Origin: a virus
Lineage: Duplodnaviria > Caudoviricetes
Strand: one strand, 5' to 3'
IMG/VR virus record: IMGVR_UViG_3300031760_000001
Span: 180,785-244,784 of that record
DNA length: 64,000 nt
Position numbers and translations under genes: made by a program. The notes below the pieces were generated by a model. It was given only the letters and a program-made list of their open reading frames with translations. It was not told where the DNA came from and did no database searches. Below are positions 39,616 to 48,732 of the stretch, piece after piece; position 1 is the first letter of the stretch, and each line of letters starts with the position of its first letter.

Positions 39616-41228
39616 TCTTTTTTTTTACCTAAAGCGGTAACCACAGCGTTAGTAATAGCGCTTACGACATCCTCGAATGGGTCGCCACTGTGACCGATTT
39701 TCAAACCATAAGGTTTCTCACCCTTAGCTGATTCGTCATTCCAGTCCTCACCCCATTTTGAACCATCTGCATTTGGAGGAAGTGACATAACTTTCTTCTG
39801 GTAGGCTGGGTGTTTACCAAAGTCGTCAAGTTTTGTCTCAACAATTCTCTTGATTGATTCATAAAGCATATTCATGCCATCTTCATCCTCAGGAGTTTCC
39901 ATAGCATTATCACCAAACTGTGCATCGCCTTCAGCATCATTGATTGGATTGAAGTCATCGTCATCCATTGGAAGATTTGCAAGTGGGTCTTCGTCAAAGT
40001 CAACACCAAGCGAACCAGCGCCTTCACCATACTGGTCAAGGTGGTTGTAGATATCGTCATCATTAAGGTCACTGTTGATTGTTGTGCCATCACCACCGAA
40101 ATCACTGCCAAGGATATTCTCAGCTGAACCCTCAACTTCTGGATTTTCGAAATCACCGCCAAGTTCAACCTCAAAAACATTTTCGGTTACAGGTTGAGTT
40201 ACACCATTCTGGTTCTCGAAAGGCTCTTTATATTTCTTGGGGTCGCCGATACCAGCGCTTGATGGAAGACCATCATCCCATTCAGTAGTTTCAAAATTCT
40301 CATTAACGTTAACAGTGTCATCATATGGAGCTGTGTCACCGATTTCAGTGCCGTGTGAACGGTCAAGTTCGCTGTCACTTGATGGGTGTACAAATGCTCT
40401 GTCATCTCTCCAAGCCAAAACTTGTTTTTTCTGTTCTTCGGTAAGTTTAAGTACACGTTTAGCTTTACCTTCGTTAGTAACACTCTTACCTTGTTCTTTT
40501 GAAGTCTTAGCTTTTTCCTGGTAAGCGTTGCCACCTTCCTTGTCGATGTTGTTGTCACCACAAGCAGCTTTATATTCACCGCTTGGACTTGTACCTTTAA
40601 CACCATTCTTGTTGTATACAGTTTCAGGATTTACCTGTTTACCGTCATCAACATAGCTTTTATCCTTGATACCAAGGTTCTGTTGTTTGCCTTTTGGACC
40701 TTCTGTACCGCCACCATCTTTGGTTGAAGGGTTGTTTGTGAAAGGAGCGTTTTTATCCTCTTTGATGTAGTGAACATTTTCACTGAGGATATTGTCAACG
40801 TTCTCACACAACTGGTAGAAACGGTCCAATTCAGCTTTAGCTTCCTTGTTCTCTTTGTTTTCCCATTCAGCTGATTCATTGATATTGAACTGTGACTTGA
40901 CAGGTTCCTTGCTTCCGTTTGCCTCATTAACGTGGATAAGCTCCAGATTAAGGGCGTTTGAAGCCTTGGTGTATGAATCATAGCTTTTACGGTTAAGGTA
41001 ACCGCCGATATAATCATAGTCTTCAGCCAAAATCTCGGTATTTTTCTTAGGAGCAACCTTTACGAAATATTTTGTACCTTCACGAAGAATTCCATAGGTT
41101 TTTCCGTCAGCACCAACCTGGCTATATTCAACGATACCGTTTGTGTTAACAGTATTCTTTGATTCGTTTATGCCGTACATCATAAGACGCTGCATAGTTT
41201 CGAGTTCTTTTGTATAATCTTTACTCAT
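39612..41228 (-). CDS. Acidic probable prohead core/internal protein
   Basis: Many INE/VNE/LSE/VTE sites; internal KRVLKLTEEQ motif; TATTTATA at 41280-41287. Confidence 0.6.
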   Translation of the reverse strand: MSKDYTKELETMQRLMMYGINESKNTVNTNGIVEYSQVGADGKTYGILREGTKYFVKVAPKKNTEILAEDYDYIGGYLNRKSYDSYTKASNALNLELIHVNEANGSKEPVKSQFNINESAEWENKENKEAKAELDRFYQLCENVDNILSENVHYIKEDKNAPFTNNPSTKDGGGTEGPKGKQQNLGIKDKSYVDDGKQVNPETVYNKNGVKGTSPSGEYKAACGDNNIDKEGGNAYQEKAKTSKEQGKSVTNEGKAKRVLKLTEEQKKQVLAWRDDRAFVHPSSDSELDRSHGTEIGDTAPYDDTVNVNENFETTEWDDGLPSSAGIGDPKKYKEPFENQNGVTQPVTENVFEVELGGDFENPEVEGSAENILGSDFGGDGTTINSDLNDDDIYNHLDQYGEGAGSLGVDFDEDPLANLPMDDDDFNPINDAEGDAQFGDNAMETPEDEDGMNMLYESIKRIVETKLDDFGKHPAYQKKVMSLPPNADGSKWGEDWNDESAKGEKPYGLKIGHSGDPFEDVVSAITNAVVTALGKKKE

Positions 41229-41304
41229 AATATTTTTTTATTAAGTATACTTATTATTCAATTCTTTATTAAAATATAATATAAATAGTTGTATTTTCAA
41301 AAAA

Positions 41305-43113
41305 TTAACGTCGATAATATGTATTAAGTATTTCTTCGGATAATCCTGAATCAATTACAACCAGTTCAGGACTACCGTCACGCATAACCATTCCGTATGT
41401 TGAAATCCTTGTCAAATCACCAAAAGGCAATTGATAGTCACCCATCAGATTAAATATACGTGGCACAAAACCGTAGTCATCTTCATCATATAATTTATCA
41501 ACAAGTGCGTCCGCCTCATCTGTTGTCATGGTAAACAAATGAGTCTGTCTGCCATTATAACAATACCTGTTATAATAATATCTAACTAAATCACAATAAG
41601 TCTCAAAAGGTAAACCAATCAATCTTTCAAAATCTTCCTCTTTTGCAGGAACACAATTTTCCTCAACGAGCCACATATAATTGTCATCACAATCAAACAC
41701 CTGTACAACCATACTGCCATATCTAGATGTCTGTTCTTCAAACTCATTTTGGGCAATGCCTTTTTTGTTTTTAGCTAGTTTCAAAACTTTTTCATCATCT
41801 ATCTCAAAAATAATCCTGGATGAACCAGAACCGAATGATGGACCCAACATCTGTTTGCAATATTTCAATCTGCCAGCAAATGATTTAATTGATGAAAGCG
41901 TCTGTAAATTAAATTCTGTCATAGCCGCTTCATTAATGGCGCTGACATCATCTGTGTTTATGAAATTATCCATGTTAGCTGCTGGCATTCCGTCATCTTC
42001 AGGCGCTGGTGGTTCAGGCGTTCTGAACGGATTTTCTTCTGGAGTGTTTGGCAGTATTGGTTCAGGTGTGGGTTGGGCTTCAATATTAAGCAGTTTTTTA
42101 AGTTGTGCTATACGGTCAGTCAAAAGCCATTCAAGGTCTCGCTTACTATATACCCCAGGTGTAATCTGTTTGATTCCCATCCTTTGCACTGCATCGTGTA
42201 AATCTGCTGTTGTGATTGTATTGCACTTTAACACTTTTTTGAAACGTCCTAACCAGGAATTCAAATACACATTGCCATATCCTGGATTACCACCCTCTTT
42301 TAAAAGTTTCGCCTGTTTTTCTGTAATCCTGACAATCTTTCCAGTGACTTCATCAATGGTGTTACTGCGGTCATATACATTGTTTATGTAATTCCACAGT
42401 TTTTCAATGTACCCCATATGTTTTATCACTTTCCATATGATGTTTCCAGTTGACATTTCCTTTTCGCTGGAAGCCAGACCTTCGCTACGCATGTTTTTAA
42501 GTTTCGTGTATATGTTCTCAACCTCGGTCGAAAGCTTCTTCATTTTGACCTTATCATCCTCGTTGTCCAATTTGTCAAACAAGTCATCCAGTTTGGTCAT
42601 CTGTTTTGCACAGAAACTTTTGATATATTCTTTGTTAAGTTTTGAATCATTCAAATTTTCAGGTTCCTTCACCCACTTGTTCTTCTCCAGTGAATAAACA
42701 CCAGTCGATTTGGCTGGGTCTGATGAATCCTCGACACTTATCTCAACTGGAAAATCCTTAATTGTCAATTCCGTATGTGTGCTGTTCCACAATTCTTTCT
42801 TTGAATTGAAATAATCTTTAACGAAATCAGTTTTCTTATATATGTCACTGAAATTATATACAATGTGAATATCCACATCCGAATATTTTGACCAGTTGTA
42901 GTTGGCAATTGAACCAGTCAGAACAATATCGGACGGTTTGACCCACTTCACTTCCAGGGATTCCACAAAGTCGTCGGCAATATCCAGCAACTTCAGCCTA
43001 ATCTGGGAGTCAAGTTGACCGTCTTCATTAAAGAACTCAGGGTTGAGTTTGTCCTTAACCTTAAACGGTTTCATATCAATATCGTTTGTTTCAACCTCGT
43101 TAATATTTTTCAT
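41305..43113 (-). CDS. Pol-beta-type nucleotidyltransferase plus protein-kinase-like fusion with internal leader motif
   Basis: LTGSIANYNWSKYSDVDIH (GS..DxD); KIVRITEKQAKLLKE; GSGSSR..VLKLA..QNEFE..GDL..IDSG. Confidence 0.75.
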   Translation of the reverse strand: MKNINEVETNDIDMKPFKVKDKLNPEFFNEDGQLDSQIRLKLLDIADDFVESLEVKWVKPSDIVLTGSIANYNWSKYSDVDIHIVYNFSDIYKKTDFVKDYFNSKKELWNSTHTELTIKDFPVEISVEDSSDPAKSTGVYSLEKNKWVKEPENLNDSKLNKEYIKSFCAKQMTKLDDLFDKLDNEDDKVKMKKLSTEVENIYTKLKNMRSEGLASSEKEMSTGNIIWKVIKHMGYIEKLWNYINNVYDRSNTIDEVTGKIVRITEKQAKLLKEGGNPGYGNVYLNSWLGRFKKVLKCNTITTADLHDAVQRMGIKQITPGVYSKRDLEWLLTDRIAQLKKLLNIEAQPTPEPILPNTPEENPFRTPEPPAPEDDGMPAANMDNFINTDDVSAINEAAMTEFNLQTLSSIKSFAGRLKYCKQMLGPSFGSGSSRIIFEIDDEKVLKLAKNKKGIAQNEFEEQTSRYGSMVVQVFDCDDNYMWLVEENCVPAKEEDFERLIGLPFETYCDLVRYYYNRYCYNGRQTHLFTMTTDEADALVDKLYDEDDYGFVPRIFNLMGDYQLPFGDLTRISTYGMVMRDGSPELVVIDSGLSEEILNTYYRR

Positions 43114-43180
43114 ATATAAGGAATATATCATATATAAATATAATCCAATTAAATAAAATAAAATAAAACAGTAAATTCAT

Positions 43181-43305
43181 GGAAAAAATAAGCATTTTTT
43201 GGTTGTATAGACAAATTTACCTAATAAAAGAAAAAATAGGCAATTATGACTAATTAAAATTTTTTTAGCATTTTCATGGAAAAAATGTTCTGAATTTGGT
43301 TATAG
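43181..43305 (+). promoter_or_regulatory. Two tandem class A motifs upstream of clpX (starting 43181 and 43278)
   Basis: TCATGGAAAAAAT...TTTGGTT(G/A)TA twice, with 20-nt GG-to-GG spacing. Confidence 0.7.
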
Positions 43306-43334
43306 TTATATAATAAAAGAATTAACTTTGACAT

Positions 43335-44525
43335 ATGAAATTAAACAGTACTAACAAAACACAAACAACTGACGTACCTAACCCAACAGAAAAAACAGCT
43401 AAAAACATAACAAGACTTGTTAACGGAGGCAAAATACCAACACCCAAAGAAATTATGGCTTATCTGGATGAACGTGTCATCGGTCAACAGGACGCGAAGA
43501 AACGTTTGTCTATCGCTGTGCACAACCATTACAAACGCGTTTTTTCCAACATCTGCGGACTTGGAAACGACGGCGAATTCAAAGACATTGAAATCGACAA
43601 ATCCAATGTCATTATGCTCGGACCTACTGGTACGGGCAAGACGTTCCTTATTCAAAATATCGCCAAGATGCTTGGTGTACCATGCCACATCCATGACTGT
43701 ACCAAACTGACCGAGGCTGGTTATGTTGGTGAGGATGTGGAAAACGTTCTTACTGGCTTGCTTATGGCTTGCGACTATGACGTTGAAAAAGCGCAGATAG
43801 GTATTGTGTGCCTTGATGAAATCGACAAATTAGCCAAACGTGGTGAGAATATGTCCATTGTCCGTGACGTGTCTGGTGAGGGTGTGCAACAGAGCCTGTT
43901 GAAGATTGTTGAGGGTTCAGTTGTTGGGGTTATGCCACAAGGTGGTAGAAAACATCCAGAACAACCTTTGATTCCTATTGACACAACCAACATCCTTTTC
44001 ATTGGTATGGGTGCATTTGTTGGTGTTGATGAGATTGTCAAGAAACGAACCACCAAGACATCATCAATCGGATTCAACAACAATACCACAAACAAAATTA
44101 CCATTAACGAAGACCGTATCCTGGATTATGTCAACGCAATTGATTTGAAGAAATTCGGACTTATCCCTGAATTAATCGGTCGTTTCCCTGTGATAACACA
44201 CACAAACCAGTTGTCGAAAGACGACCTTGTAAGAATCATCAAGGAACCCAAAAATTCAATTATGAAGCAATATCGGAAACTGGCATATATTGACGGCAAG
44301 AATCTGAAATTCACCGACGATGCCATTGATATTATTGCTGAAACAGCCATTCTGACTGAGACTGGAGCCCGTGGTATCAGGTCTATTCTCGAAACTGTGT
44401 TGAATGACTTTATGTTTGATATTTCAGACAGTGACAATACCGAAGTTGTTATTGACAAGGAATATTGTGAAAAATCGTTGAAACAGATATTAGAGTTATC
44501 TGATATATACAAAAAAGCGGTCTAA
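43335..44525 (+). CDS. clpX: ClpX ATPase lacking the N-terminal Zn-binding domain
   Basis: VIGQ..AK, KSN...GPTGTGKT, LTEAGYVGEDVE, DEIDK, RDVSGEGVQQ, GGRKHP, IGF, LIPELIGRFP, TGARG. Confidence 0.95.
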   Translation: MKLNSTNKTQTTDVPNPTEKTAKNITRLVNGGKIPTPKEIMAYLDERVIGQQDAKKRLSIAVHNHYKRVFSNICGLGNDGEFKDIEIDKSNVIMLGPTGTGKTFLIQNIAKMLGVPCHIHDCTKLTEAGYVGEDVENVLTGLLMACDYDVEKAQIGIVCLDEIDKLAKRGENMSIVRDVSGEGVQQSLLKIVEGSVVGVMPQGGRKHPEQPLIPIDTTNILFIGMGAFVGVDEIVKKRTTKTSSIGFNNNTTNKITINEDRILDYVNAIDLKKFGLIPELIGRFPVITHTNQLSKDDLVRIIKEPKNSIMKQYRKLAYIDGKNLKFTDDAIDIIAETAILTETGARGIRSILETVLNDFMFDISDSDNTEVVIDKEYCEKSLKQILELSDIYKKAV

Positions 44526-44626
44526 CTCAAAGGGGGGTCACAATTTCGACTCTGCCACGCATTGGAAAGCACCGCTACAATAATTAAATATTATCCTATT
44601 TTCAAAAGTGACAAACAATTTATATT

Positions 44627-45016
44627 ATGAACGAAGAAAAACGTATTTACAACGAACTATCCAAAATTACACAAAAACACAAGTACACTAATGAGCAACT
44701 TGCAAAGAAAATTGTTACAAACAGTTTTTATCCTTATGAAGAAAATATAAAAAATCCACATTCAAATACATTTTTCTGGTTTAATGAAAATATGGCTGAG
44801 GAAATAACAAGGATTGGTTGTGAAAAAGTACGAGAAATGCAAAACGAATTTGAAAATTTTACTGAAATGTGTGATGAACTATCCAAAATAGCGCTGAAAT
44901 ATAAATGTACCATTATAGTCCCAACCCAGCCAAATAGTGAACGTAATTACGATATTACACAGGAACTTAAAGACAGACCTGATGTGTTGGTTATAGATTA
45001 TTTTGGCAAAATCTAA
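44627..45016 (+). CDS. Hypothetical protein with DnaB-like C-terminal motifs
   Basis: LSKIALKYKCTIIVPTQ and PDVLVIDY. Confidence 0.45.
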   Translation: MNEEKRIYNELSKITQKHKYTNEQLAKKIVTNSFYPYEENIKNPHSNTFFWFNENMAEEITRIGCEKVREMQNEFENFTEMCDELSKIALKYKCTIIVPTQPNSERNYDITQELKDRPDVLVIDYFGKI

Positions 45017-45032
45017 AAAAATTTGTATATTA
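45003..45032 (+). promoter_or_regulatory. Class B element TTGGCA-N17-TATATT
   Basis: Contains the 18-mer AAAAAAATTTGTATATTA, identical to 30841-30858 on the minus strand. Confidence 0.65.
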
Positions 45033-45054
45033 GTAATAACTTAAAATAAAATTT

Positions 45055-45432
45055 ATGAAAGTTTATCATTTTGATACGGTATTGACAGAAGGTAAGTTTA
45101 AAGACAAGACTGTACGTGAAGTCTTTGAAGCTGACAAGAAAAACGTGTTTGGTTTAATCAAAAAGTATGGCTACAGTTTCGACGACGAGGTTCTGGCTGA
45201 GGCTGGTATTACCAAAATTGTCCACGGCCACACCACAAGCAACATTATTGTAGACCATGAGCGTGTTAAGCCAAGTAACAAGAAACTGAAAAAGGAGAAG
45301 AAATCTCTTGATGAGATTCTTGACGAGATTTGTGATGAGCATAACAACATCAAAGATGATGACACTTTTAATTTCAGCTCATTAGAAAATGACCTAAATA
45401 ATGTCGAAATGCCGATTGACCCAGAAGTATGA
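45055..45432 (+). CDS. Hypothetical protein
   Basis: ORF with N-terminal GKFKDKTVREV. Confidence 0.6.
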   Translation: MKVYHFDTVLTEGKFKDKTVREVFEADKKNVFGLIKKYGYSFDDEVLAEAGITKIVHGHTTSNIIVDHERVKPSNKKLKKEKKSLDEILDEICDEHNNIKDDDTFNFSSLENDLNNVEMPIDPEV

Positions 45433-46385
45433 GTAAAACAGTAATTGGTTTTGCAGGAAGAAAACGCGCAGGTAAAACCTGTCTGTCAAAATATCTTACC
45501 GAAAAACATAATGGAACAATAGTCACAGTTGCAGATGCACTTAAACATCTGTGCTGTGACTTATGCGGATTTAAAGATATTGAAGAATTAAACTATTATA
45601 AAGACAACGGAACATCTTACAGTTTCAACCCAAATAAAGCCCCAAAATGGGCTAAAATCATTTGTGAGCAAGTATTTGGTGAATATACAGAAAATCATTA
45701 TAATACAGTTCTTAAGTCATTAGAAGGGATTTACACTTACAATGTAAGAGAACTGCTTCAATTTATCGGAACTGATATTATTAGAAAATACAAACCCAAT
45801 TGGCACGTCGATAAGATGGTAGAGGCGATTAATAATGCTACCACTGAGATTGTTTGTGTAGATGATATTAGGTTTCCAAATGAGAGAGCTGCAGTTGAAA
45901 AACTTGGTGGAACGGTGTTTTTTGTTGTCCGCCCAGATTTAACTGTTGATGTTTCAAACCACGAAAGCGAAATATCGTTAACATGGCCAGAGTTTGAAGA
46001 TAATAGAATCATTGTCAACACATTCTCTAAAGAGTTTATGTTTGAACAATTTGATGATGCACTACACACCCAATTCTTTTTATTATCATCTAACCCAATT
46101 TTTAAACAATACTACACAGACATAAATAAGTGTAACGAAAAACTGGGGTATCGCGGTTCTAAGAACACCATGAAATTAGATGATAACGAGTATAATTTTG
46201 TGAAAGATGTTTTGATTGGTAATATGATAGCCCATAACGGTTGTATAGTATTACACCCAGAAAATAAAACAGTAATGGATTTCTATGAAGAAATGTTGTA
46301 TGGTAGGTGTAAAAATTCTTGTGAAATCAACACAATCACTTTATGGAATCCATTTATAATTGAAAATATTAAAGTGTGGTTATAA
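45429..46385 (+). CDS. Deoxynucleoside monophosphate kinase (T4 gp1-like) with C-terminal extension
   Basis: GFAGRKRAGK, ADALK, RELLQFIGTD..R, DDIRFPNE, HESE. Confidence 0.88.
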   Translation: MSKTVIGFAGRKRAGKTCLSKYLTEKHNGTIVTVADALKHLCCDLCGFKDIEELNYYKDNGTSYSFNPNKAPKWAKIICEQVFGEYTENHYNTVLKSLEGIYTYNVRELLQFIGTDIIRKYKPNWHVDKMVEAINNATTEIVCVDDIRFPNERAAVEKLGGTVFFVVRPDLTVDVSNHESEISLTWPEFEDNRIIVNTFSKEFMFEQFDDALHTQFFLLSSNPIFKQYYTDINKCNEKLGYRGSKNTMKLDDNEYNFVKDVLIGNMIAHNGCIVLHPENKTVMDFYEEMLYGRCKNSCEINTITLWNPFIIENIKVWL

Positions 46386-46708
46386 TGGAACAAACTGATA
46401 CTATATACAATAATATATATGATGCTCCAAAGACTGAGTTCAAACTGAATAATGATGGTAAAAAACACTGTTTCAAATGTAAACATTATGGCTGTTTGGT
46501 TAATCAGGGGTATTGGTGGTGCAATCTACAGTTAAACATGGATGACCCAGATAATTGTGAGGAATATGATGGGAGTTTATATGATAATGCTGTTACAACG
46601 TATTCATCATCATATACAATAGCTGAGCAAAAACCAAAAGGTGGAATAACACCTAAACAATATGGTGAAATGCTAATGAACAAGACCAAAAGAAAAAGGA
46701 CTCGTTAA
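46376..46708 (+). CDS. Cys-rich hypothetical protein
   Basis: CFKCKHY..WC..CEEY. Confidence 0.55.
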   Translation: MVIMEQTDTIYNNIYDAPKTEFKLNNDGKKHCFKCKHYGCLVNQGYWWCNLQLNMDDPDNCEEYDGSLYDNAVTTYSSSYTIAEQKPKGGITPKQYGEMLMNKTKRKRTR

Positions 46709-46724
46709 TTTGAGTCCTTTTTTA
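46694..46724. terminator. Bidirectional terminator between convergent genes
   Basis: AAAAGGACTC-loop-GAGTCCTTTT. Confidence 0.85.
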
Positions 46725-48347
46725 TTTAATCCTGTTAGGTATATTTAGTCTATTTTTGATTGCCCCCCATAAACCTCTCGTGGCCTTTATGCATTCTTCT
46801 TCGGTTTTATATGGTTTACCATCCTTACCAATAAAGATTGGCTGAGTTTTGTTTTCATCAAAATAAAATGTTGTTATGCCTGTATTATAATCATAATCAC
46901 CACTCGCATTAACCCATGTATTTGTGTTATTCATATTACCTAATATTGGATTTTTGGTATATGAATACATTAGAATAATTTTTCCGATATTATTTGTATC
47001 ATATCCATTATTTGATGTTATGCCATAAATATTTGGATTATTGAAGATTTTAATATCAGCTGGCCAATTCAATGGATTCTTGTCTGGATATAAGAGTTTC
47101 ATTGTTTTTTTGGATAAAAAATTACGTTTAGTAGTATAAACTCCATTATAGCAATCGTATGTTATCCAAAAACCGTTATCTTTTTCTTCAACGCGAGGTT
47201 TAATTGATACTTTATCCCCATTATTATTTTGTATTACCAATGGTTTAAACATTTCAACGCCAGTGTTCGAGTCAATTAGTATACCACGTCCATCTCTATC
47301 TTTTGTAAAGACATTTCCGTTATAAAATTTTGGTTTTCTGGTGTAGTCTTTTCTTTTCAATATATTGGCATCATCATCTTTAAAAACAATATAATTGTAT
47401 TTTTCTTTTGGGTTATTGGTGTTTAAATCATCACCTTCTCTATTATTTCTAAAAGGCGCCACTTTAATACCAGTGTAACCTTTATTTGCTAAAAACATAC
47501 TAACATCTTTAGGTGTGCCAAATTTATGAATTAACATTCGATATTGTTCACCGAAAGTTGAATTTTCTTCCCCTGGCAAGCCTTTAATTGTTGGTCCATC
47601 CCATAAAATATAGTTACTTCCATTATCATCTGGTATTTCCACATTGTAAGCGTAGCTACCCTCTTTTTTTGTTTTGAGGTCATATGTGGGCATTTGTTTT
47701 ACTGCATTTTTATACCCCCGATGAACATGTGGGTCAGTTGAAAAATAGTGACCCCAACCATAAGACTGATTTCCACAACCACTACTCATATGTGATGAAT
47801 CAAAACTATCAAATTTATGTGGACTTGCGTGTTTTACATTAAGTTCCTCGATACCTTCATTAACGGATGTGGTTTTATTCTTAGTATTTTTCTTGTCATT
47901 ATCCTTTTTATTGTTGTCTTGTTTCTGTGACTTTTTATGATTTTTGAATTTTTCAATCATATCATCACTGATTGCGTTCACACTCAATTGACCTGTCAAT
48001 TTAACTTTTTTATTTAACCAGTCATCAATAATTTGGTTATAATAAGCCAATCTGGAAGCGTCATCTTTAATGAAACGCCTGAATTTATCATTAATTACAT
48101 CAAGCAGTTCCTCTCTTTTGAGTTTCTGCAAGGGTTGTCCGTTCACAACGTAGTTAATTGCAAGTGTTTGACAAGGCAACCCGTCAACCCCCACATCGCC
48201 AGCATAATCAACTGCAGCTTGATAAAATTTGTTCAGGTAATTGACTATATCACTAACCTGGTCAGAATTCACTACAAGTGACTCTTTGAGGTACTTGTTG
48301 ATAAGTTCCTGTTCCTGTTGTTCTGTTATGTATATGACTTTACTCAT
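46722..48347 (-). CDS. Leader-motif protein with ADP-ribosyltransferase (ART-PolyVal-like) domain
   Basis: MSKVIYITEQQEQELINKYLKE; after SVNE: HASPHKFDSFD...G.G.QSYGWGHYFS...Y.VEIPD...GYTGIK...NYIVF. Confidence 0.7.
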   Translation of the reverse strand: MSKVIYITEQQEQELINKYLKESLVVNSDQVSDIVNYLNKFYQAAVDYAGDVGVDGLPCQTLAINYVVNGQPLQKLKREELLDVINDKFRRFIKDDASRLAYYNQIIDDWLNKKVKLTGQLSVNAISDDMIEKFKNHKKSQKQDNNKKDNDKKNTKNKTTSVNEGIEELNVKHASPHKFDSFDSSHMSSGCGNQSYGWGHYFSTDPHVHRGYKNAVKQMPTYDLKTKKEGSYAYNVEIPDDNGSNYILWDGPTIKGLPGEENSTFGEQYRMLIHKFGTPKDVSMFLANKGYTGIKVAPFRNNREGDDLNTNNPKEKYNYIVFKDDDANILKRKDYTRKPKFYNGNVFTKDRDGRGILIDSNTGVEMFKPLVIQNNNGDKVSIKPRVEEKDNGFWITYDCYNGVYTTKRNFLSKKTMKLLYPDKNPLNWPADIKIFNNPNIYGITSNNGYDTNNIGKIILMYSYTKNPILGNMNNTNTWVNASGDYDYNTGITTFYFDENKTQPIFIGKDGKPYKTEEECIKATRGLWGAIKNRLNIPNRIK

Positions 48348-48718
48348 TAATCCCAATCAGCATTTTTTATTAAATAAACTATTTGGTCAAAATTGGCTTT
48401 TGTGTATGCAAGGGCTGATTCGTCATCATCCTTGAATATTTTAAAATCAATAAATCCCTGCTCATCTATTCCAGCGTCTACATCTGGGATGTGATAATAT
48501 TCTTCAAGGGGTGCTAAAGGATTTTTTTCTCTTGTGTTTAAAAACCCGACTAATTCATTGTTATAGAATATTTGTTGCTGATGTATTCCAGGTTTCATTT
48601 CTTTGCTATCACCAAATGTAAATTCTTCTGAATTAATGTTTTCACCAAACATTTCATTAATAACAGAGGTTACCATTTCATTTAGTTTACCTTCAGTTAA
48701 TTTTATTACTTTTCCCAT
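48347..48718 (-). CDS. Leader-motif protein, unknown cargo
   Basis: MGKVIKLTEGKLNEMVTSVINE; TATTTATA at 48738-48745. Confidence 0.7.
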   Translation of the reverse strand: MGKVIKLTEGKLNEMVTSVINEMFGENINSEEFTFGDSKEMKPGIHQQQIFYNNELVGFLNTREKNPLAPLEEYYHIPDVDAGIDEQGFIDFKIFKDDDESALAYTKANFDQIVYLIKNADWD

Positions 48719-48732
48719 TGTCTTATATTTTA

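Noticed and set aside
44540-44560. tRNA gene suggested by TTCGACTC...CCA
   Set aside because: The flanks do not pair into a T-stem and no cloverleaf can be built.
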